This document shows, in pieces, positions 56,754 through 64,000 of a DNA stretch of 64,000 nt (its first letter is position 1; the number at the start of each line of letters is the position of its first letter). Below the pieces are notes generated by a model, which had not been told where the DNA came from, did not search any database, and was given only the letters and a program-made list of their open reading frames with translations. The position numbers and the translations under genes are program-made. Source of the stretch: Solirubrobacterales bacterium (GTDB taxonomy: Bacteria > Actinomycetota > Thermoleophilia > Solirubrobacterales > Solirubrobacteraceae); contig JBBSMC010000005.1 in NCBI GenBank assembly GCA_038233375.1, positions 2,296 through 66,295 of the forward strand, in the 5' to 3' direction.

Positions 56754-57240
56754 TCACCGCATAGCCCTCTGCCCGGGCTCCTACGACCCGGTCACCAACG
56801 GCCACCTCGACGTCATCAAGCGCGCGGCCGAGCTGTTCGACGAGGTCATCGTCGCGGTCGTCAACCTGCCCGCGCGCAAGGGCAGGACGCTCTTCGGCGC
56901 CGAGGAGCGGATCGGCTTCATCGAGGAGGCGACGAAGGACATCGCGGGGGTGCGCGTGGAGTCGTTCTCGGTGCTCGTCGTCGACTTCGCACGCGAGCTG
57001 AACGCCAAGGCGATCGTCAAGGGGCTGCGCGCGATCTCGGACTTCGAATACGAGTTCGAGATGCACCAGCTCAACCGCCTGCAGGCGCCGGATATCGACA
57101 CGCTCTACCTGATGGCCAGCCCGCAGTACAGTTTCATCAGCTCGAGCGGGATCAAGGAACTCGCGATGTTCGGTGGAAGGATCGACGAACTTGTCCCGGA
57201 ACGGGTCGCCGAGCGCTTGAAGGAAGAGCTGGGCCGCTAG
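56743..57240 (+). CDS. coaD: Phosphopantetheine adenylyltransferase
   Basis: CPGSYDPVTNGHLD (the T/HxGH motif) and ISSSGIKE. Confidence 0.95.
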   Translation: MNPDHRIALCPGSYDPVTNGHLDVIKRAAELFDEVIVAVVNLPARKGRTLFGAEERIGFIEEATKDIAGVRVESFSVLVVDFARELNAKAIVKGLRAISDFEYEFEMHQLNRLQAPDIDTLYLMASPQYSFISSSGIKELAMFGGRIDELVPERVAERLKEELGR

Positions 57241-57256
57241 CGAAACAAGGGTTGCC

Positions 57257-57721
57257 ATGGACGTCCTCGTACTCATCGACAAGCTCGACGACTTGGTGCA
57301 CAACGCCAAGCTCGTCCCGATGACCGGCCAGGTCCGCGTCGACAAGGACGAGATCTACGACATCCTCGACCAGATGCGCGCGACCATCCCGGAAGAGATC
57401 AAGCAGGCGCGCTGGATCGTCAAGGAGCGCCAGGAGATGCTCGCCGAGGCCAAGCGCGAGGCCGAGCGGATCATCAAGGAAGCGCGCGAGGCCCAGGACC
57501 AGCTCGTCGGCGAGGAAGAGGTCACCAAGCAGGCCCAGCGTGCCGCCGAGGACATCATCGAGGACGCCCGCGCCCGCGAGCGCGAGATCCGCCTCGGCGC
57601 CGAGGACTACGCCGACGAGATCCTCAACACGCTCGAGGTCAACCTGTCGAAGTTCATCGCGGCCGTCCAGCGCGGCCGCGAGCGCCTGCAGGGCAAGGAC
57701 GAGCCGGCCGAAGTCCGCTGA
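57257..57721 (+). CDS. Coiled-coil protein (ATP synthase b-like / DivIVA-like helical protein)
   Basis: 154 aa of a charged helical heptad pattern. Function unknown. Confidence 0.5.
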   Translation: MDVLVLIDKLDDLVHNAKLVPMTGQVRVDKDEIYDILDQMRATIPEEIKQARWIVKERQEMLAEAKREAERIIKEAREAQDQLVGEEEVTKQAQRAAEDIIEDARAREREIRLGAEDYADEILNTLEVNLSKFIAAVQRGRERLQGKDEPAEVR

Positions 57722-57741
57722 GCGGCGCCCCCCCGGTCGCT

Positions 57742-58503
57742 TCAGGCCGCGGCGGAGTCCTGCTCCTCGGCGGCCGTGCGCCGCTGATCGGCGACGGCGT
57801 CACGGTGTGCGGCGTCGCCGGCCGCACCGGCGGGGCGATGGTCGAGCTCGCTGAGCCGGTCGGCGCGCCCGTACAGCAGCAGGATCTCGCCGGCGGCGAC
57901 GCGCGTCTCGAAACTCGGTGCGCCAAGGTAGCTGCCGTCGGCCCGCTCGACGCCGAGCACGGCGACGCCCTCGGCGCGCAGGTCGAGCACCTTCAGGCTC
58001 TTGCCGGCCAGCCAGTCATCACCCCGCACGGCCACCTGCCCGACGCCCCAGCGCCCACCTAGATGCAGCAGCTCGGCGTAGTCGCGGGCGTGGAGGTCGG
58101 TGTAGCGGTTGACGAGCCGCGTGACGAGCGGGCTCAGCGCGCGGTTGAACCAGCGGCTGCGCGACAGCACCACGAGCCCGGTCAGCGCGAGCAGCATCGC
58201 GCCGAGCCGGCTGTAGGCCTCGCCGCGCGTCGCGTTGGCAAAGCCGATCACGAGCGTGGCGAACGTCGTGAGGATGCCCGCACCGCCGAGCAGCATGAGC
58301 GTCATGACGATCTTCCGCCGCACGGGGTGGTTGACGACGCTCTCGGACTCCGCCGTAGTGAAGCCCGTGCCCGACAGCGCCGAACGGGCCTGGAAGCGCG
58401 CCGCCTCCTGCGACATGCCGGTCAGCACGAAGGCGACGGTCGCCACGCGGGTGATGAGCAGCGAGACGACGGCGACGGCGAACAGGCTCACGACGGCGAT
58501 CAC
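57742..58503 (-). CDS. Membrane protein with a TrkA-C (RCK C-terminal) domain, ion channel/transporter-like
   Basis: Two to three TM helices with an SGTGFTT pore-like segment, followed by a TrkA-C-like beta-rich domain (GKSLKVLDLR...VAAGEILLLYG). Confidence 0.65.
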   Translation of the reverse strand: MIAVVSLFAVAVVSLLITRVATVAFVLTGMSQEAARFQARSALSGTGFTTAESESVVNHPVRRKIVMTLMLLGGAGILTTFATLVIGFANATRGEAYSRLGAMLLALTGLVVLSRSRWFNRALSPLVTRLVNRYTDLHARDYAELLHLGGRWGVGQVAVRGDDWLAGKSLKVLDLRAEGVAVLGVERADGSYLGAPSFETRVAAGEILLLYGRADRLSELDHRPAGAAGDAAHRDAVADQRRTAAEEQDSAAA

Positions 58504-58558
58504 GCTTTCGGGCTACCCGCTCAGCGCGCCCGCATCCGCCGCGCCGCCGCCGTCGTCG

Positions 58559-58834
58559 TCAGCGCACCGCGAACGCCGTGCGGCCCTCGGGCTCGGCCTC
58601 GCTCACCTCGAGATCCTCGACCCGCGCGCCGCGCGGTCCGCCGCGACACCACAGCACGAGCTCGGCGACCGCGTCGGGCGAGCCCTCGAAGACGGCCTCG
58701 ACCGTCCCGTCGCGCCGGTTGCGCACCCAGCCGCCCACGCCGAGCCGGTTGGCCTCGCGCCGCGTGCTGTCGCGAAAGAACACGCCCTGCACCTGACCGC
58801 TGACGACGACGCGACGGGCGATGCGCGCGGCCAC
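58559..58834 (-). CDS. acyP: Acylphosphatase
   Basis: VSGQVQGVFFRDSTRREA and GWVRNRRDGTVE. The GTG start is inferred. Confidence 0.85.
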   Translation of the reverse strand: MAARIARRVVVSGQVQGVFFRDSTRREANRLGVGGWVRNRRDGTVEAVFEGSPDAVAELVLWCRGGPRGARVEDLEVSEAEPEGRTAFAVR

Positions 58835-58841
58835 GGTCCGA

Positions 58842-59477
58842 TCAGGCGGCGAGCAGCCCGGGCAACTCGGCCATGTCGAAGAACACCTCGCCGCCGGCGT
58901 CTGCCAGCCGTTCTGCATCCGTGTCGTGCGCGAACGCGAGCGCCCGCATTCCGGCCGCGCGCGCTGCATGCACGCCCGGCACGCTGTCCTCGACGACCGC
59001 CGTCGTGGCCGGCGCGAAGCCCATCGCGCGCGCCGCGTGCAGGAACAGGTCGGGCGCGGGCTTGCCGTGGCGGACCTCGGTCGCGCTGAAGATCCGGCCC
59101 GCGAAGCGCTCCCACAGCCCGGTGCGGCGCAGCGTGACCTCCATCTTGTGATGCGGGCCACTCGACGCGACGCAGCTCGGCAGGGTGATTCGGTCCAGCG
59201 CGTCGATCACGCCCGGGATCGCCTGCACCTCGCGGGCGAAGACGGCCTCGGCCTTGGCGTAGTAGCGCTCGGGGATGTCGCCGGGCAGTGGGGCGCCGTG
59301 GCGCTCGCCGGCGAGCTCCATGACCGACGCCAGCGAGCAGCCGCGGTAGTCGCGCAGGCACAGCTCGAGCGTCGTCGGCAGGCCGGCGCCGGTCAGCAGC
59401 CCGGCGAGCACGGTGTTGGAGATCAGCTCGGTGTCGACGAGGACGCCGTCGCAGTCGAAGATCACGGCGCAGATCAC
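58842..59477 (-). CDS. HAD-superfamily hydrolase (phosphatase / beta-phosphoglucomutase-like)
   Basis: DCDGVLVDTE (DxDGT/V motif I) and EDSVPGVHAARAAGM (motifs III/IV). The ORF extends to an ATG at 59546, and the GTG at 59477 fits the family N-terminus better. Confidence 0.8.
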   Translation of the reverse strand: MICAVIFDCDGVLVDTELISNTVLAGLLTGAGLPTTLELCLRDYRGCSLASVMELAGERHGAPLPGDIPERYYAKAEAVFAREVQAIPGVIDALDRITLPSCVASSGPHHKMEVTLRRTGLWERFAGRIFSATEVRHGKPAPDLFLHAARAMGFAPATTAVVEDSVPGVHAARAAGMRALAFAHDTDAERLADAGGEVFFDMAELPGLLAA

Positions 59478-59513
59478 GATCCGCAGGCTACCCAGCGTTC
59501 CGCCGCCGCCGGC

Positions 59514-59698
59514 TCCTCCTCCTCCGGCCGGGCCCGGCCTCGGCAAGCAGCTCAGGCGTCCGGCGGGTTGCCCGCCTCGGCAAGCAGCTCAGGCGTCCGG
59601 CGGGTTGCCCGCCTCGGCGAGCAGCTCAGGCGTCCGGCGGGTTGCCCGCCTCGGCGAGCAGCTCAGGCGTCCGGCGGGTTGCCCGCCTCGGCGAGCAG
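59514..59698. repeat. 37-bp tandem repeat array (four good copies plus one degenerate) reiterating the last 11 codons and stop codon of the upstream gene
   Basis: Read directly. The period is 37 nt with unit starts at 59551, 59588, 59625 and 59662, and a degenerate unit at about 59514. Two units carry A and two carry G at one position. Confidence 0.9.
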
Positions 59699-60952
59699 GA
59701 CCTCGATCGTCGCGAGGTGGCCGCGCACGTTGGCCGCCATCGCGTCGACGATCCTGCGCGCTTCCTCGATGCCGGTCGTCGCGTTGGTCAGCTGCGACTT
59801 GATCCGGCGCACGTCCTCCATCGCGCCCTGCGCGCGCTCGACCTCGGCCTGCAGCGCCGCGGTGTCGATCCCGCCGCTCGCCGCGCGCGCCATCAGCACA
59901 CGGGCGCGGGCGAGGCCGTAGGCGACCTCGAGGGCGAGCGTCGAGCCCTCCTCGGGATCGAATGTGACGAAGAGCTTGTCGCCGTTGAACTCGCGTAGTG
60001 GATGCGTGCGCGCAGGGAGCTTGCCCTCGGAGGACACGACGAGCACGGCGTAGTCGGCGGCGCGTGTCTCCAGCGCGCCGTCGAGCTCGGCCAGCGCCTC
60101 GTTCTTCGACAGCTTGGAGTTCTTGGCCTCGAAGACGATCTTGCCGCGCGACGGGCCCGTGCAGGCGTCGATCGCCACGACGACGTCGCCCTTCTTGCCG
60201 CCCTCGCCGCGCACGTCGCCGACGGCGTCGCAGTCGTCACCGCGGGCGGCGGCGATCGCCTGCAGGGCCTCGGCGACCGAGTCCTCGTAGGTGCGGCCCT
60301 TGGCGGTGCCCTTGTCCTGCGCCGCGGCGACCTCCGTCAGCTTCTCCTTCTCGGCGCGCAGCCGCGCGATCTCGAGGTTCATCGTCTCGAGCTTCTCGTT
60401 CATCGCGCGCATCTGCTCGGACTGCTGGCCGGCGATCTGGTGCGCCTGCGCGAGGTGCACGCGCTGGAAGACCGCGAGCGGGTTGGAGTCGTTGTCCGAC
60501 GAGAACTGCTTGCGCAGGTCCTCGCGCATCTGCGCGGTCACCTCGCCGAGCACGGCGCGCACGCGGTGCTGCACGGCGACCGACGACTCGTCGCCGAAGT
60601 GCTTGGCGAGCGCCTTCGTCACGTGGCCGTGCTCGGGACCGAAGACGTCGTCGATCCGCGCGTCGAGCCGGTCGGCCACCTTCCGCGCCCGCTCGACGAA
60701 CTCGTTGTCGAGCTCGCGCGCGGTCTTCTCGAACTCCGCGCGCACGAACTCGGCGTTGGCGCCCGTCTGCTCGCGGTCGAGCACGCGCGCGCCGATCTCG
60801 ATCGCCTCGACGACGAAGCGCACCGGGTCGTCGCGCTCGGACGCCAGCCGCACGGCGGTCTCGTCTTCGACCGTCAGGAAGTCGATCGCCAGGCGGCGGT
60901 TGGAGACCTGGACGCGGGCAAGCGGGAGGGGGAGGGCGGAGACGGGCTTCAT
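59663..60952 (-). CDS. Coiled-coil protein with a C-terminal PD-(D/E)xK-like nuclease fold (DUF2130/RmuC-like)
   Basis: Long helical N-terminal half. The C-terminal GDVVVAIDA...KIVFEAKNSK fits a D...ExK pattern. ATG at 60952, with an alternative TTG at 60967. Confidence 0.55.
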   Translation of the reverse strand: MKPVSALPLPLARVQVSNRRLAIDFLTVEDETAVRLASERDDPVRFVVEAIEIGARVLDREQTGANAEFVRAEFEKTARELDNEFVERARKVADRLDARIDDVFGPEHGHVTKALAKHFGDESSVAVQHRVRAVLGEVTAQMREDLRKQFSSDNDSNPLAVFQRVHLAQAHQIAGQQSEQMRAMNEKLETMNLEIARLRAEKEKLTEVAAAQDKGTAKGRTYEDSVAEALQAIAAARGDDCDAVGDVRGEGGKKGDVVVAIDACTGPSRGKIVFEAKNSKLSKNEALAELDGALETRAADYAVLVVSSEGKLPARTHPLREFNGDKLFVTFDPEEGSTLALEVAYGLARARVLMARAASGGIDTAALQAEVERAQGAMEDVRRIKSQLTNATTGIEEARRIVDAMAANVRGHLATIEVLLAEAGNPPDA

Positions 60953-61122
60953 GGCGTACTCACCCAAGCTACGGACCGCCCCCGACGGATTGCAGGATCG
61001 TGCTCAGCTCGGGGCCCGCGGCCCGCACGACGGCACCTCTCGGCCGGCGCCAGACGCCGGGCCCGCGGGACCGGCGGCCCCACCCGACGGCGCCCTCTCG
61101 GCCGGCGCGGCCCCGGGCTCGG

Positions 61123-61614
61123 TCACGGCGCGGCGGCGCGCGCCTTCCACCAGCGCACGAGGTCCTGGCGCTGGTGGTCGAGCGGGTTGGCGCGCGGGTT
61201 GCGCTCGCTGACGCGGCGCAGCGCCTCGGCGGGCTCGACGCCCTCCTCGAGGGCGATGATCGCCGCCGCCACCGTGGCGGAGCGCTGCATCCCCGCGCGG
61301 CAGTGCACGTAGACGCGCTCGCCCTCCGCCAGCCACGGCCGCACGATCCCCACGGCGCGCTCGATGTGGCCGGGCAGCAGGTTGCCGTAGTCGATCACCT
61401 CGACGCGCTGCTCGAGGATTCTCGCCGCGGCGAGCGCCGTGGCGCAGGCCTCGCGGCCCTCGCCCTCGTACTCGACGTCCTGCACGAGGTTGAAGACGCG
61501 GGTGACCCCCGCCTGCGTCAGCGCGGCGACGTCGTCGGCATCCTGCGGGTAGGCGCCGATCAGCAACTCGTCGCCGACCGAGCCGAAGCCGAAGTGCTCA
61601 AACCAACCTGACAC
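61123..61614 (-). CDS. Dual-specificity / Cys-based protein phosphatase
   Basis: Active-site loop VHCRAGMQRS (HCx5R-S). Confidence 0.8.
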   Translation of the reverse strand: MSGWFEHFGFGSVGDELLIGAYPQDADDVAALTQAGVTRVFNLVQDVEYEGEGREACATALAAARILEQRVEVIDYGNLLPGHIERAVGIVRPWLAEGERVYVHCRAGMQRSATVAAAIIALEEGVEPAEALRRVSERNPRANPLDHQRQDLVRWWKARAAAP

Positions 61615-61690
61615 GGGGGCGGAGGGTAATGCCTGCCCGCGGCCGGCTCATCGCATCTGCTCCACGGCGAGCGGCCGTAGGCTCGTTGCC

Positions 61691-62650
61691 ATGAGCCGGC
61701 TCGCCAGCGCGTTGCAGGACGCTGGAGGAACCGCCGCTCCGCGCGAGCGCGGGGCGCAGCTGCGCGCGCTGCTGCACGACGAGCTCGAACGCTCCGAGCG
61801 CGAGCTCGGGCTGCCGCGCTCAGGGCGCGAGGAGCCCGTCACGATCGTCCTGGCCGCCGCGCCGGGCGCGCTGCTGGCGATCGTCCCGGTCGCGGTCGCC
61901 GTGCGCGCCGACCCCGGCGCGGTGTCCGAGCGGGGCTGGCTGGCCGTAGCCGCGGCGATCGGGGCGCTCGTCGAGATCGCCGGGCTCGCCACGCCCCGCG
62001 GTCCCGACGATCTGAAGCTCGAGGCCGGCGCACTCGGCGCCCATCTCGCGCTGCGCCTGCCGGCGCCGGCCGTCGGCGAGGACGACGCCGAGCTCGCCGT
62101 CGTCGCCTTCGAGGAGCACGCCGCGACGATCGCCCGCCTGCGCAGCCGCGCGCTCGCCGTGCCGGCTCACGTCCTGAGCGAGGCGGAGGACTGGCGCGCG
62201 CCGATCGCGCAGGCGCTGCGCAGCGCGGAGGCGGTGGCCCGGCTCGGCGGCCGGCCCGCCGACGGCGACTCCGTCATCGAGCACGAGGAGGCGGCGCTCG
62301 CACTCGTGCACCCCGGCACGGGCGACGGGGCGGGGGACGCGGGACGACCGATCCGTCCGCACGACGATCCGCAGCCCGCGCGGCGGATCGCGCGGCGCAT
62401 CCTGCAGCGCCTCAACGGGATGGGCAAGTGGGGCGGCTACCACACGGACTTCCGCCATCTCTCACGCGGCTTCGCGGGCACCGAGCGCGCGCTCGCCGAC
62501 GAGGTCGGCGAGGCGCTCGTCAGCGCGGGGCTGCTCGCCGAGAAGCCGAGCGTGGGCCAGCGGCACGTCTTCCTCAACCCGCGCCGCGCCGCCGACATCC
62601 ACGCGCTGATCGACCGCGGGGCGGTCCCCCCGGATCTGCGGCTGCCATAA
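61691..62650 (+). CDS. Hypothetical protein with a possible TM segment pair and a C-terminal winged-helix-like region
   Basis: 319-aa ORF with GC3-rich coding. C-terminal segment RLNGMGKWGGYHTDFRHL...EALVSAGLLAEKPSVGQRHVFLNP. No family recognised. Confidence 0.45.
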   Translation: MSRLASALQDAGGTAAPRERGAQLRALLHDELERSERELGLPRSGREEPVTIVLAAAPGALLAIVPVAVAVRADPGAVSERGWLAVAAAIGALVEIAGLATPRGPDDLKLEAGALGAHLALRLPAPAVGEDDAELAVVAFEEHAATIARLRSRALAVPAHVLSEAEDWRAPIAQALRSAEAVARLGGRPADGDSVIEHEEAALALVHPGTGDGAGDAGRPIRPHDDPQPARRIARRILQRLNGMGKWGGYHTDFRHLSRGFAGTERALADEVGEALVSAGLLAEKPSVGQRHVFLNPRRAADIHALIDRGAVPPDLRLP

Positions 62651-62663
62651 CGTAGGCCGACGC

Positions 62664-64000
62664 GTGCTGCTCGACACCCTGTCAGCCAAGGCCTTCTCCG
62701 CACGCGCGCTCGCCGCGAGCGGAATGTTCGCGGCGACGCGTCCGGATCGCCTCGCACGCGTCGTCATGGCGCTGAAGGACTGGGGGCCGACAGTGGCCGC
62801 GGGCTACGCCGTCTCGGCGATCCGGTTTCCCAACGCCACGGCGATCGTCGACGACCACGGTGAGCTGACGTTCGCCGAGGTGCAGCGCCGCACGAACGCG
62901 CTCGCCCACGCCTGGCGCGCCGACGGGATCGGCGCGGGCGACACGGTCGCGATCCTCTGTCGCAACCACCGCGGCTTCGTCGAGGCGCTCACCGCGGCGT
63001 CCAAGCTCGGCGCCCACGCGCTGTTTCTGCACACCGCCTTCTCGGGCCCGCAGCTCGCCGCGGTGTGCGCGCGCGAGGACCCGCGCGCCGTCGTCTACGA
63101 CGCGGAGTTCGCGGGGCTCATCGAGGACGCGGCCCGCGGTCGCGCACGCTACGCCGCCTGGACGGAGCGATCCTCCAACGGATCGGCGCCGACGCCCGCC
63201 ATTGCCGCCGACCCGACGCTGGACCAGCTCATCGAGCGCGGCGACCACGCGGAGGTGCAGCCGCCGCCGACCAGGGGCCGGATCGTGATCCTGACGAGCG
63301 GGACGACCGGCGCGCCGAAGGGCGCCAACCGCAGGGAGCCCCGGACGCTCGACCCGGCGGCGGCGCTGCTGTCGCGGATCCCACTGCGCGCCCGCGAGCG
63401 CACGCTGGTCGCCGCGCCGCTCTTTCATTCCTGGGGCCTGGCGCACCTCGTGCTCGGCCTCGGCCTGTCGTCGACGCTCGTCCTGCACCGGCGCTTCGAC
63501 GCCGAAGAGACGCTGCGGTCGATCGACGAGCACGGCATCACCGCCCTGATCGTCGTCCCGCTGATGCTGCAGCGGATCCTCGAGCGCGGCCCGAAGGTCG
63601 TGCGCAGGTACGACAGCGGCTCGCTGCGCGTGATCGCCTCGAGCGGATCGGTGCTGCCCGGCGAGCTCGCCACGCAGGTCATGGACACCTTCGGCGACGT
63701 CCTCTACAACCTCTACGGCTCGACCGAGGTGGCCTGGGCGACGATCGCCACGCCGCAGGATCTGCGCGCCGCGCCCGGCACAGCGGGACGGCCGCCGCGA
63801 GGCACCGTCGTGTGCCTCTATGACGACGCCGGCGAGGAGGTCGCAGAGGGCGAGACGGGACGTATCTTCGTCGGCAACGACCTCGTGTTCGACGGCTACA
63901 CGGGCGGCGACAACAAGACGGTCATCGACGGCCTCGTGTCCTCCGGCGACGTCGGGCACTTCGACGAGGACGGGCGCCTGTACGTCGATGGCCGCGAGGA
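62664..64000 (+). CDS. AMP-dependent acyl-CoA synthetase/ligase (FadD-like), 3'-truncated by the window edge
   Basis: Open frame running to the window end. AMP-binding motif ILTSGTTGAPKGA and YGSTE. The start is the GTG at 62664 or the ATG at 62766. Confidence 0.85.
   Translation, partial: MLLDTLSAKAFSARALAASGMFAATRPDRLARVVMALKDWGPTVAAGYAVSAIRFPNATAIVDDHGELTFAEVQRRTNALAHAWRADGIGAGDTVAILCRNHRGFVEALTAASKLGAHALFLHTAFSGPQLAAVCAREDPRAVVYDAEFAGLIEDAARGRARYAAWTERSSNGSAPTPAIAADPTLDQLIERGDHAEVQPPPTRGRIVILTSGTTGAPKGANRREPRTLDPAAALLSRIPLRARERTLVAAPLFHSWGLAHLVLGLGLSSTLVLHRRFDAEETLRSIDEHGITALIVVPLMLQRILERGPKVVRRYDSGSLRVIASSGSVLPGELATQVMDTFGDVLYNLYGSTEVAWATIATPQDLRAAPGTAGRPPRGTVVCLYDDAGEEVAEGETGRIFVGNDLVFDGYTGGDNKTVIDGLVSSGDVGHFDEDGRLYVDGRE

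Noticed and set aside
59514-59698. Possible CRISPR array, considered because of the regularly spaced 37-nt repeats.
   Set aside because: The units are directly contiguous with no spacers. They are a copy of the adjacent gene's 3' end, and no cas genes are present.
61028-61108. An imperfect 23-nt direct repeat (CGACGGCACCTCTCGGCCGGCGC and CGACGGCGCCCTCTCGGCCGGCGC) in the spacer between the phosphatase and DUF2130-like genes.
   Set aside because: It has only two copies, is GC-rich and low in complexity, and has no obvious palindromic or promoter character. It is possibly a regulatory site, but chance cannot be excluded by eye.

Overview
High-GC chromosomal segment (hand-sampled core genes about 70% GC) with the gene content and order of an Actinomycetota-like genome; a Thermoleophilia/Rubrobacteria-type organism is a guess. 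Most of the window is a long run of conserved housekeeping genes on the + strand: tig-clpP-clpX-valS-folC-ndk, maf-mreBCD-mrdA-rodA-rne-rplU-rpmA, obg, proBA-nadD-rsfS, priA-def-fmt, rsmB-rpe, ribD-ribE-ribBA-ribH, rpmB-yloV-recG-rsmD-coaD. Several accessory insertions interrupt this backbone.
- Lower-GC two-gene operon of Orc1/Cdc6-type AAA+ ATPases between ndk and maf, preceded by an AT-rich perfect palindrome. This is my top candidate for an undescribed system.
- Tightly coupled operon of a PKD surface protein, a MotA/ExbB-like channel and a DUF2149/ExbD-like protein.
- Polyprenol-phosphate-type glycosylation cluster: flippase, methyltransferase, GT2 and two GT-C enzymes.
- Two secreted glycoside hydrolases.
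- About 1 kb scar between fmt and rsmB holding a roughly 90%-identical copy of the recG 3' end plus half of the structured element that follows the real recG.
- Terminal region with a DUF2130-like PD-(D/E)xK protein, a dual-specificity phosphatase and an unknown protein.

Smaller oddities:
- An in-frame 9-bp tandem repeat inside proB.
- An exact 66-bp duplication in an Ala/Glu coiled-coil gene.
- A 37-bp tandem array that repeats a gene's last codons and stop codon.
- A 44-nt motif shared by the regions downstream of rpmA and rpmB.
- A probable ATT start codon for ribE.

One tRNA-Ala(GGC) is present. I saw no rRNA, CRISPR array, transposase or integrase. All functional calls rest on motif recognition by eye and synteny, with no database searches.
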